From Mobula hypostoma (lineage: Eukaryota): a stretch of 64,000 nt of DNA. The number at the start of each line of letters is the position of its first letter. Position 1 is the stretch's first letter. Location: NCBI RefSeq assembly GCF_963921235.1, contig NC_086109.1, positions 16,122,001-16,186,000 of the forward strand, in the 5' to 3' direction. Made by a program: the position numbers and the translations under genes. The notes below the pieces were generated by a model. The model was not told where the DNA came from. It made no database searches and worked only from the letters and a program-made list of their open reading frames with translations. Of this stretch, positions 1 through 9,640 are shown piece by piece.

Positions 1-424
1 TATTTACCCACTATGGGAGTAGAGATGTTGAGATCAATATGATCTCCTACAGTTAGTTTTCCTAACCCGGGGTCCACAGACCTCTCAGATGATGGTAGGG
101 GCCCATGGCATAATAAAAAGGTTGGGAGCCCTTGTTCTATGGGTTGGAGATAGTTTGGGCGGTAATAATTTAAACTTTAAAGATTATGAAAGGGCTTGAT
201 CAATAGATATGTGGAATAATTTCCTTTGTTTGGCAGTGACAGTTTAAAGTACTTGGCAAATGAATCCAGAGATAGAAGATATGCTTTTTTTTGGTCATCA
301 TTTGGAATTTGAATGATTAAAGGAGATTCAGAAGGGAATTGGATTTACAATTGGAAAAGGAAATAAAAAGAAATACAGGAGCTTGAGGAAAGATTAAAGC
401 AAGTAGGAATAATTTTATAATTTA

Positions 425-580
425 AAAACGCAAACACGAGGAATTCTGCAGATGCTGGAAATTCAAGCAACACACATCAAAGTTGCTGGTGAAGGTAGCA
501 TCTCCAGGAAGAGGTACAGTTGAAGTCTCGGGCTGAGACCCTTCGTCAGGACTAACTGAAAGAAGAGCTAGTAAGAGATT
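425..580 (-). mobile_element. Penelope-derived short repeat with a degenerate hammerhead motif
   Basis: Same family as 17881-18076; the reverse complement reads AGTCCTGACGAAGGGTCTCAGCCCGAGACTTCAACTG. Confidence 0.65.
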
Positions 581-689
581 TTATTATTGACATTTTATAA
601 TTTTATAATTGACATTTTTATGAGGGAATTTTAGTACATAGTGAAAATGCCTGACTGTCAATATATAGAGCCTTGGTGGGTTGATGCCT

Positions 690-1560
690 GGACTATGACC
701 ATAACGTAAAGGAGCAGAATAAGGCCATTTCATCATGGCAGATTCATTTCCTTCTCAGCCCCAATCTCCTGCCTTCTCCCCGTATTCCTTCATGCCCTGA
801 CTAATCAAGAGTCTTTCTTTCTTTCTTTTTCAATCTTTTTATTAATTTCAAAATATAGAAACAAAACATAGCAATAATACAAATAGTAGGAGATATATTG
901 TTACACTTAAGAAAAGTAATTGTAAAATCAAATAGTGTAAGTTTACAAAGCTCCCAATCATGTAGAACTGACAACGGATAATACAAATTTAAAAAAATTG
1001 ATTAAAAAAAAACATGAAAAGGAAAAAAAAACAAAAAAAAACCCCATCCCCCAAAGAAAAACAAAATTAATCAACTAATCAAGAGTCTTTCAACCTCTGC
1101 CTTAAATATATCCAGTGACTTAGCCTCCACAGCCACCAGTGGCAAAGAAATCCACAGATTCACCTCTCTCTGGCTAAAAGAAATTCTTCCTTATCTCTAT
1201 TCTAAAAGGACACCCTTCTATTCTGAGGCTGTGTCCTCTGGTCTGAGACTCATTCGCCATAGAAAAAATCCTCTCCACATCCACTCTATCAGGGCCTTTT
1301 CAACATTCGATTGGTTTCAATGAGTTCAACCCTCAATCTTCTGAATTACAGTGAGTAGAAGCCCAGAACTATCAAATGCTCCTCATATGACAAACAATCT
1401 CAGAATCATTTTCATTAACCTGCTTTGAACCCTCTCTAATGTCAGCACATCCTTTCTAAGATAAGGGGCCCAAACTGCTCACAATACTCCAAGTGAGGCC
1501 TTACCAGTGCTTCATAAAACCTTAATATTCCATCCTTGCTTTTATATTCTAGTCACCTTT
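690..1560 (-). mobile_element. Decayed CR1 3' fragment interrupted by an L1-like tail
   Basis: CR1 3' UTR and ORF2-end sequence similar to the 8148-9640 family. Confidence 0.8.
818..1073 (-). mobile_element. Short L1/Tx1-like 3' end with an 18-bp TSD
   Basis: ACTAATCAAGAGTCTTTC is duplicated at 800-817 and 1074-1091. The minus strand ends AATAAAAAGATTGAAAAAAGAAAGAAA (polyA signal plus A-rich tail). Confidence 0.65.
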
Positions 1561-1850
1561 GTGACTGTGTACAATGTTGGTCTCCTTATTAAAACATATT
1601 TCATACTTAGCATAAAAGTAGTGCAGAAGATTCAAAAGCTAGTTCTGGAATGTAGAGTTTGCCAAATGAGGCAAAATTGAATTGGTGTAACCTTTATTCT
1701 TCTGAAAGTTAGAAGTACAAGAGTTGTTCTAATTGAAACATAGAAAATTCTTCATTTAAGGTTCATTTATCCATTATCAAAGTGTACATCTCTGAATTTC
1801 TTCTTCTCTGGGTAGTCACGAAACGAAGAATGAAAAGTAAAACAGCACAA

Positions 1851-2055
1851 TCATCAACCCCCAAATCGCACCTCCCCGCAAAAAAAAACAAACAAAAATG
1901 GAACAGGCATATCAACCGTCAAATTCCTGCTCCCCGCACATAAAAATAAACAAAACGGAACGGACACATCAATCCCCAAATCCCCCTCTCTGTACAAAAA
2001 GATGAACAAAAACAGAACAGGCATATCGACCGCCAAATCCCCCTCCCTGCACAAA
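1851..2055. repeat. Degenerate minisatellite of about 57 bp, about 3.5 units
   Basis: Unit ATCAACCxCCAAATCCCCCTCCCxGCACAAAAA...GAACAGGCAT repeated. Confidence 0.75.
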
Positions 2056-3139
2056 GTAACAAGCAAAATCGGGCAAAAAAAAGGTATAAAAAACTGTAAC
2101 ACTGAAAAAAAGTCTATAGTCCAAGTTCACATCCAGAACGCAGAAAACCTGAGCAGCACTCTCCAGGCGCAGCGGCAGGCTCGCCCCTCTCCGTAGCAGA
2201 GCGAGCAAAATGCAGGTAGCCAGCGCTCACTGTCCACACCCACCTCAGTGATTCAATCTCCCTTGTCGCTTGAATCAGCGCACAATGGAAGCTTTAATTC
2301 TTACAGTGCCCAGTAAGGTGGATACAGGCAGGACGCTACCTCTGTTGACAGGCTCTAATGGAATGAATCCAGGGACAGGAAATGTATTATTTTTACTCAT
2401 ATTCCAGAGTAAAATGCTTTAAAGTGTAGAGGTAGATTCAATGGGAGATCAGATTTATTCTTTGGAAGAAAAAAAAATTGCAGGGCTCTAAGGAAAGATT
2501 AAGGAACATTGAAATAATTAGATAATTGGTCTAGAAATTTGAAACATTTTCTCAGATGAAGAATGTTCTGCCAAGAGCATGTTTAAAGTTATTCATTAAT
2601 TGTGACAGATTCTCCCTCGCAGCTGTGTAACTTCAGATGAATGCAAGCTGGCAGATGTATTTTTGTTGTCTTTCTAGCAGCATGGCCATCAACTATAAGC
2701 TCTTTTCTGCTACAAGAATCCGATGGCACATCAAGCAACATATTTAATACTTGCCGTGTAAGGCAGATGATGGACGTCAGTACCTCTCAATGGGACGTCT
2801 CACCATTGTGTGTTTGATCTACTTTGATTGAAAGCTCTCTTTCTACAAGGCTAGGTGCCTGGGGAATATGCTCTTCCGATTCTGCAGCTCGTGTGACATC
2901 TGATGTGTAAACCAATGATTTAAAGATGTCTTGTTAACCCTAAGGCTCACTGTCTCCATTTTCTTCCATTCTAAATTGAAGTTCAAAGGGAATAAGACAA
3001 TGTCTGAAGAACCTTTTATTTTATATATGAAGTAAAAGAGTTAAAAGAGGGTATTTTGTTCCCTCTTTAAAATAAAGGTCAAAGTAACTTCCTTGTCCCT
3101 CCCAACCACGATCATTAATTCCTACAATACAACTGTGTC

Positions 3140-3337
3140 TGTACCGGAGAGCCTACAGTATAATAAGGGACTACTTTATGTTTTAGTAACACGTCATTGC
3201 ATGCGCTATCAGGCGTGTATTGATCTGTACGTGTGTGCCGAGTTCGGTTTCTGCCAGTAAAGAACTATGAACCTTAGCTCCCGTCTCCAGCATTTTTATT
3301 AGTAACATTGTTGTGTAACCAGGCCACATACACGAAA
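3140..3337 (+). repeat. 5' LTR of the SUDS3-carrying element
   Basis: Aligns to 6174-6358 with about 16 substitutions and two indels by eye; followed by the PBS. Confidence 0.93.
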
Positions 3338-3341
3338 AAAT

Positions 3342-3352
3342 TGGCGATGAGG
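3342..3352 (+). other. Primer-binding site (TGGCGATGAGG)
   Basis: TGG-initiated motif 4 nt after the 5' LTR; resembles the TGGCGACGAG PBS common in Mag-like Gypsy elements. Confidence 0.75.
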
Positions 3353-3724
3353 TTAATGAACCTACATCGTATTGGAACGCCGTGTTTTAATTGATAATGA
3401 CACATGGAAGAAGGACGCAAGGAACAAGCCAAGGAGCGGGAGAAGGAGGCAGAGCAAGGCCGCAAGTCTGAAAGGAAGCGGGAGCACAGCCAGGGTCGGG
3501 AACATCAGGAGACCAAGAGACACAGTCGGAGCCGCAGCACGTCCAGGCAAGACCACAGCTGGTGCTGACCCCCGGGGCTGAGGGTCTGCCTGCTCCAGAA
3601 GGGAGATAAGTAGGAGCGACACACACACACATCTAGACGGGGTGCACTTGTGGCGCTAGCAAAAAGGACTCGTGAGTCAAAAATGAAAACAAGGGGAAAA
3701 TGGGGCTAAATTAACATAACAAAC

Positions 3725-4570
3725 ATGGCGATGATTGGAACCACTACAGCATTTGTTAGTGGCATTGAAGACTGGGCAATGTACATTGAGAGAGTGGAGT
3801 TATATTGTGAGGCTAACAGCGTTAATGATGAAAAGAAAGCCAGTGTCTTACTCAGTATTATGGGAGCAAAAACATACCGGCTGCTATGGAGTTTGTTAAC
3901 CCTTGAAAAGCCAGCTGACAAAACATTCAAGCAAATAGTAGACACTCTCCAACAGCATTCAAACCCCAGATCACTGGTCATTGCTGAAAAATTTGAATTT
4001 CACAAACGGAATCAGAGCAAAAATGAAAGCATTTCTGAATATTGTGCTGAATTGCACAAATTATCAAAACATTGTCAATTTGGAGCTGGTCTATATCGGA
4101 TGAATTGAGGGACAGGTTAATGTGTGGCATGCACTGTGAAACCACATAGAAGAAGCTCCTGTGTGATAAAGACCTTACATTAGAGAAGGTGCTGAACATT
4201 GCAATATCAACGGAAGTAGCAGCACGGGGTGCTTCAGAGATACAACAAAAATCTCTGGAATATGCTACGAATGAAATGTCACTGAAAAGAAATGGACAGA
4301 AATGATACCATTGTGGGAACAGGTCATATGACCCTGATGACTGTGAGTTTAAAGACAAAGAATGCAGAAACTGTGGCAAACAGGGCTACACTGGCAGAGT
4401 ATGCAAAGCTAGTAAACAGCAGAAAAAGGACAAAATACAGAGAAACAGGAAACCCCAGAAAGGAAAATACAACAATGTACACAAAATGGAAGACAGCAGT
4501 TCTGATGAAAACAACTCAGACGAAAGTGAATTGTCTTGTCTGCAACTTCACAGTGTGAAAGAATCAGATG
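3725..4570 (+). pseudogene. gag: Degenerate Gag (Mag-like) with two zinc-knuckle remnants
   Basis: ORF 3725-4108 reads EDWAMYIERVELYCEAN...FHKRNQSKNESISEYCAELHKLSKHCQFG. After a frameshift it continues DELRDRLMCG...LTLEKVLNIA and CGNRSYDPDDCEFKDKECRNCGKQGYTGRVC (about 4313-4405). Confidence 0.88.
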
Positions 4571-4579
4571 ATTGAAGAC

Positions 4580-4895
4580 TGATATGGATCACTCCACAAG
4601 TGGCAGGCGTGAGACTGAAAATGGAGTTGGACACAGGCTCAGTGATCTCTGTACACGACTACAAACGACTGTTTTTTCACATACCTCTGAAACAAATAAA
4701 CTACTGCTAAAGATTTTCACAGGATGGAAGGTGCATCCCAAATGCAAAATTAAAGTGGCAGTGACCTACAGAGACAAAACACAGCAGCTGAACCTCTGTG
4801 TACTGAAAAATGGAGGACCACCATTGCTGGGATGGGAATGGCTCAGGAAGTCCCAGTTGGATTGGCACACCATCAAGGCACTAGATGTGTCAACA
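4580..4895 (+). pseudogene. Retropepsin aspartic protease, frameshifted
   Basis: [23 protein letters not shown] contains the catalytic DTG near 4630. In the frame of ORF 4572-5156 it continues [18 protein letters not shown], matching the LLGxxWL C-terminal protease motif. Confidence 0.85.
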
Positions 4896-4919
4896 AAGGA
4901 GGGCAGCTCAGCGGGGAAG

Positions 4920-5843
4920 ATATCCGCAGCTCTCCTCTCACCCATTGTCGACTATTACAATGACAAGGAGGAGGTAGAAAGCGTCGACAATGAGGATGAA
5001 CGCAGTATCTGTGTCCGCGATTCGGATGAAGATACAGAAGTTGCAAGGGAGACAGATATTGCCGATAAGCAGGATGATGAAGACTACCTGGAAGTAAAAG
5101 AGCAAATGTACCAGGAGAAATTGACATCTCTCAAAAGACAGCTACAGCAGTTATAGGAAGGCACTTTCAAGAGTATCAGAAAAGGATGAAGAAACTAGAT
5201 CAACAATACAAGGAAAGAATACGAAATGCAGAGCTTTTTCTGCAACTGGAGACAGAACAAGTGGAAAGGAATTATATTAAAGAGAAGAAAGCAACAGTGA
5301 AGGAATTTGAAGATAAAAAGATTGAGTTAGAAGAAAAGAAAAAGATGATTGAGAATATAAGGCTAACAATGGAACTCACAGGAGATTCTATGGCGGTAAA
5401 GCCAATAATGACTAGGAAACTAAGGAGGAGATCTAATGACCCTGCTCCAATTACAGACAAAAGATGAAAACCTGTTAAATAACTTGGTAACAGATGAACA
5501 GATAATGGAAGACCTGCAAACTCTCAATAAGCTTAAATCTCCGAAAAGACCAGGATCTCCGTCTTCTCCTGAGCATCTTCCCAGTACTCCTGCTGAATCA
5601 CCAGCACAAAGATATGAAGCACAAATAGAAGATAGAAAGTTATGATACAATAAGCGATGGTATCATAAAGGTCAGGCTATCTATCTGGAATCTAAGGAGA
5701 ATACAAAGATTGGCTGTGCAATTAGCTCAGTTGGAACAAATGAGATATGGGTAAGGAAGACAAGTGATAGCACAAAGATGCGTGTATATCTAAGACAACT
5801 GCACAGAGGAGTCTTCGTTATACAGAGGTGATCTGCTGCCTAG
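4920..5843 (+). pseudogene. SUDS3: Processed (intronless) SUDS3 / SDS3 Sin3A-HDAC corepressor subunit retrocopy; full-length CDS with stops, frameshifts and small deletions
   Basis: The translation matches vertebrate SUDS3 from recall, end to end: (M>I)SAALLSP...SDEDTE...[113 protein letters not shown]...[18 protein letters not shown]...SAA*. The start ATG appears as ATA at 4920 and the stop TAG is at 5841-5843. No introns are present. Confidence 0.95.
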
Positions 5844-5949
5844 AACTCTTAGCAAGTTGGAGGTGCACATCTTCTTAACTCCCTATGCTCAGAGCTCAAC
5901 TTTTCATGACTTTTATATGGAAATCTGTATTAAAACAAACAAGTTTATT

Positions 5950-6002
5950 GACAGACATTACCCAGAGAGGCAGAGAAGACCCCCCAGAGACTTGAGTTAT
6001 AA
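5950..6002 (+). pseudogene. C-terminal tail of retrotransposon pol/integrase
   Basis: DRHYPERQRRPP... parallels ERRYPTGVRKPPKQINL* at the pol end of the second LTR element (about 40640-40695, minus strand). Confidence 0.7.
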
Positions 6003-6173
6003 ATGGGTCCTAGACCAAAAGTAAAAAAAAAAGGCTTGTTATAATTTGATATTATTAAGTTACTAAGTAAATAAATGGTAGGTGTTTGTATGTTAAGGGT
6101 AAACATATTTGTTTAGCATAGTGCACCAGTTACAAAAAACAGTTGATACACTATTAAAATAAAAAGGGAGGAG

Positions 6174-6358
6174 TGTACTGTATAGCCTACAGTATAATAA
6201 GGGACTACTTTATGTTTAAGTAAACAAGTCATTGAATGCGCTATTAGGCACGCGAGTGCCGAGTTCGGTTTCTGCCAGTAAAGAACCATGAACTTTAGCT
6301 CCGGTCTCCAGCATTTTTATTAATAGCATTGTTGTGTAACCAGGCCACATACACAACA
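6174..6358 (+). repeat. 3' LTR of the SUDS3-carrying element
   Basis: TGT...ACA termini, preceded by a polypurine tract and followed by the GTGTC TSD. Confidence 0.95.
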
Positions 6359-6379
6359 GTGTCTAATCTTCAAAAGCAA

Positions 6380-6850
6380 AATACAAAATGCTGGAGGCAC
6401 TCAGATCAGGCAGCATCTATGGAAGGGGAATAAACAACAGACATTCTTACCCATTCTCCTCCCCGCACCTGCCCATCACTTTCTTCTGGAGCACTTCTTC
6501 CTTCCCTTTCACCCTTGGACCACTCTCCTCTCCTATCAGATTCCTTCTTCTTCAGCTCTTGGCATTTTCCACCAACCATCTCTCAGCTTCTCACTTCATC
6601 CCCCATCCTCCACCCACCCACCTTCCCCCTCATCTGGCTTCACCTATCAACTGTCAGCTTGTTCTCTTTCTCCTCTCCCCACCCACTTATTCTGGATTCT
6701 TCACCCTTCATTTCCAGTCCTGATAAAGAGTCTTGTTCTGAAACATCGACTGTTTACTCCCCTCCATAGACGCTGCCTGACCTGCTGAGCTCCTCCAGCA
6801 TTATGTGTGTGTTGCTCTGAATTGCCAGCACCTGCCGAATTTCTTGTGTT
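6380..6850 (+). mobile_element. Penelope-derived element with inverted terminal segments
   Basis: 6383-6432 is an inverted copy of about 6751-6805; a hammerhead-like CAGTCCTGATAA...GAAACATCGACTG lies at 6715-6752. Confidence 0.65.
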
Positions 6851-6929
6851 TATAATCTTCAAAGTGACTTAATTGACTTTTGCAGATAAATGAGGAAATG
6901 CTAAACTACATGATTTATTATTTAGCAGT

Positions 6930-7350
6930 ATCAATATTCTTGCCTCTGAGTCAGAAGGTCGTGAATTGAATTTCCACTCAAATGCTACCGCAGAAACTTG
7001 CACATAAAAACCCAGACTGATACTCCAATGTGATATCGAGGCAGTGCTGCCCTACCAGAGATACTATCCTTTGGGTGGGATATTAAATAGAGGCCTTGTA
7101 CGCACTCTCATTATAAGAGCAACTTGTGTGCTATTTTGAGGAGCAGGGGACTTATCTTCGTTGTTCTGGACAGTGTTTGATCATGTGTGTATTATTTAGT
7201 ATTTCTCACATTACTGCTTGAAGGAACCAGCAACGGGCAAATTGACTGCTACATTTCCATCTTTACAAAAGTGCTGAACTTCTAAAGATTTCACTGTAAA
7301 AAGCAATGGCACATCTCGAAAAGGACGTGAGCAGTGTTTTATTCAATTCA
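6930..7350 (+). mobile_element. Ancient SacSINE1-like DeuSINE
   Basis: TTGCCTCTGAGTCAGAAGG tRNA-like head, a GCTATTTTGAGGAGCAGGGG Deu-domain-like segment and a CAAATTGACTGCTACATTTCC tail region. Related remnants lie near 28220-28670, 35540-35780 and 39540-39690. Identified from recall of the consensus. Confidence 0.6.
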
Positions 7351-7526
7351 TGTGCCTCATCTTTCCTTCTTTATTAAACTTATGTTTCTTTCAAGAACTG
7401 AGCGGTTGATGGAAAATATCTGTTTTTGAATACGGTGGTCTGTACCTCCCGCCTGATGGTAAATGCAAGAAGTTAGCTCCAGATTAAGCAGCACCTTAAA
7501 AAATGGTCTCATAATCTAACATTTCT

Positions 7527-7706
7527 TTAATCCTCCCGCGCCACTGGTGTATTAAGCGGCAACCTTACCGCTGCTTTAGCATGTGTCTGTTTTATAAGGC
7601 TCCACCCATCACGGATGGAAAGCGTGCAAAGGAGCCAGCTGGATTCGAATCTGGGACCACTCCCTCTGAAGTCTGGTGTGGATGCTGCTACACCCTCGGT
7701 TGGCAA
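7527..7706 (-). mobile_element. tRNA-derived SINE
   Basis: The reverse complement contains a B-box-like GATTCGAATCC; absent from the paralogous block at 12501-12930. Confidence 0.55.
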
Positions 7707-8147
7707 CAAATGTACACATTTTAATTATCCTCTGGGAGTTTATATCTGTGCAACATTGCACTCGCCCTAGAATGGTAAAATTATCCCCTTTTCCTATGCT
7801 GTTGTGGAAGAAGCCTGTCAAAGTCTGACAGAACAAAATGGTCATTTTGTGTCAGACACATGCAGTGTATGGGTGATCTGTTTCCAAGTCTCTAGATCTT
7901 AGAAGCTATTAGAACTGATCAATAAACCAACAGTTATTTACGTCGATCTCACTGCACTCAGTTGTCCGACCAGAGGATATTGTCAACAGGAAGTCAAAGT
8001 ATAGCTGTGCCCTGAAGAAACATTGTTTGGTTTGCAATCTTTTATCAAGCTGCTCTCTACAGCTCTAAACTGTGTATTTGTGTTTGCCAAATTTCACAAT
8101 TTGTGCTCTTTCTCCACCCAAAAAATTGCCAATAGGTGGTGAAGATT

Positions 8148-9640
8148 TAGAAACATAGAAACATAGAAAATAGGTGCAGGAGTAGGCCATTCGGCCCTTC
8201 GAGCCTGCACCGCCATTTATTATGATCATGGCTGATCATCCAACTCAGAACCCAGCCTTCCCTCCATACCCCGTGACCCCTGTAGCCACAAGGGCCATAT
8301 CTAACTTCCTTTTAAACATAGCTAATGAACTGGCCTCAACAGTTTGCTGTGGCAGAGAATTCCACAGATTCACCACTCTCTGTGTGAAGAAGTTTTTCCT
8401 AACCTCGGTCCTAAAAGGCTTCCCCTCTATCCTCAAACTGTGACCCCTCGTTCTAGACCTCCCCAACATCGGGAACAATCTTCCCGCATCTAGCCTGTCC
8501 AATCCCTTTAGGATCTTATACGTTTCAATCAGATCCCCCCTCAATCTTCTAAATTCCAACGAGTACAAGCCCAGTTCATCCAGTCTTTCTTCATATGAAA
8601 GACCTGCCATCCCAGGAATCAATCTGGTGAACCTTCTTTGTACTCCCTCTATGGCAAGGATGTCTTTCCTCAGATTAGGGGACCAAAACTGCACACAATA
8701 CTCCAGGTGTGGTCTCACCAAGGCCTTGTACAACTGCAGTAGTACCTCCCTGCTCCTGTACTCGAATCCTCTCGCTATAAATGCCAGCATACCGTTCGCC
8801 TTTTTCACCGCCTGCTGTACCTGCATGCCCACTTTCAATGACTGGTGTATAATGACACCCAGGTCTCGTTGCACCTCCCCTTTTCCTAATCGGCCACCAT
8901 TCAGATAATAATCTGTTTTCCTATTTTTGCCACCAAAGTGGATAACTTCACATTTATCCACATTAAATTGCATCTGCCATGAGTTTGCCCACTCACCCAA
9001 CCTATCCAAGTCACCCTGCATCCTCTTAGCATCCTCCTCACTGCTAACACTGCCACCCAGCTTCGTGTCATCCGCAAACTTGGAGATGCTGCATTTAATT
9101 CCCTCATCCAAGTCATTAATATATATTGTAAACAACTGGGGTCCCAGCACTGAGCCTTGCGGTACCCCACTAGTCACCGCCTGCCATTCTGAAAAGGTCC
9201 CATTTATTCCCACTCTTTGCTTCCTGTCTGCTAACCAATTCTCCACCCACACCAATACCTTACCCCCAATACCATGTGCTTTAAGTTTGCACACTAATCT
9301 CCTGTGTGGGACCTTGTCAAAAGCCTTTTGAAAATCCAAATATACCACATCCACTGGTTCTCCCCTATCCACTCTACTAGTTACATCCTCAAAAAATTCT
9401 ATGAGATTCGTCAGACATGATTTTCCTTTCACAAATCCATGCTGACTTTGTCCGATCATTTCACCGCTTTCCAAATGTGCTGTTATCACATCCTTGATAA
9501 CTGACTCCAGCAGTTTCCCCACCACCGACGTTAGGCTAACCGGCCTATAATTCCCCGGTTTCTCTCTCCCTCCTTTTTTAAAAAGTGGGGTTACATTAGC
9601 CACCCTCCAATCCTCAGGAACTAGTCCAGAATCTAACGAA
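8148..9640 (-). mobile_element. Young 5'-truncated CR1 LINE
   Basis: Uninterrupted RT ORF and a (TTTCTATG)n 3' tail at about 8148-8170. Confidence 0.95.
8245..9603 (-). CDS. CR1 ORF2 reverse transcriptase, C-terminal part (open, 5'-truncated)
   Basis: 452-aa ORF with NYRPVSLTSVVGK, LDFQKAFDKVPH, GVPQGSVLGP, KFADDTKL and LVRPHLEYCVQFWSP. Confidence 0.9.
   Translation of the reverse strand: MANVTPLFKKGGREKPGNYRPVSLTSVVGKLLESVIKDVITAHLESGEMIGQSQHGFVKGKSCLTNLIEFFEDVTSRVDRGEPVDVVYLDFQKAFDKVPHRRLVCKLKAHGIGGKVLVWVENWLADRKQRVGINGTFSEWQAVTSGVPQGSVLGPQLFTIYINDLDEGIKCSISKFADDTKLGGSVSSEEDAKRMQGDLDRLGEWANSWQMQFNVDKCEVIHFGGKNRKTDYYLNGGRLGKGEVQRDLGVIIHQSLKVGMQVQQAVKKANGMLAFIARGFEYRSREVLLQLYKALVRPHLEYCVQFWSPNLRKDILAIEGVQRRFTRLIPGMAGLSYEERLDELGLYSLEFRRLRGDLIETYKILKGLDRLDAGRLFPMLGRSRTRGHSLRIEGKPFRTEVRKNFFTQRVVNLWNSLPQQTVEASSLAMFKRKLDMALVATGVTGYGGKAGF

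Larger units (their letters stand above)
3140..6358 (+). mobile_element. Gypsy/Ty3 (Mag-like) LTR retrotransposon, non-autonomous, carrying a captured SUDS3 mRNA copy
   Basis: Direct repeats at 3140-3337 and 6174-6358 both begin TGTAC, and the 3' copy ends ACA. A perfect 5-bp TSD GTGTC lies at 3135-3139 and 6359-6363. There is a PBS-like TGGCGATGAGG at 3342 and a PPT AAAAAGGGAGGAG at 6161-6173. Gag, protease and an integrase C-terminal remnant lie inside. Confidence 0.95.

Noticed and set aside
1851..2055. Spaced repeats resembling a CRISPR array
   Set aside because: They are degenerate tandem units without unique spacers, in a eukaryotic context with no cas genes.
4920..5843. SUDS3 as the functional host gene
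   Set aside because: It has no introns, a lost ATG, several stops and frameshifts, and lies between LTRs.
5929..5945. Poly(A) tail of the SUDS3 retrocopy after ATTAAA
   Set aside because: Only a short AAAACAAACAA follows directly and no matching TSD was found. This is too weak to call a LINE-type tail, though a decayed one cannot be excluded.
6715..6752. Active hammerhead ribozyme
   Set aside because: The core reads CTGATAA rather than CTGANGA, so it is likely inactive; kept only as a family member.
7620..7705. tRNA gene
   Set aside because: A B-box-like motif is present but no cloverleaf is evident; best explained as a SINE head.
8627..9331. Plus-strand ORFs 8627-8908 and 8927-9331
   Set aside because: They are antisense shadows of the CR1 RT frame.
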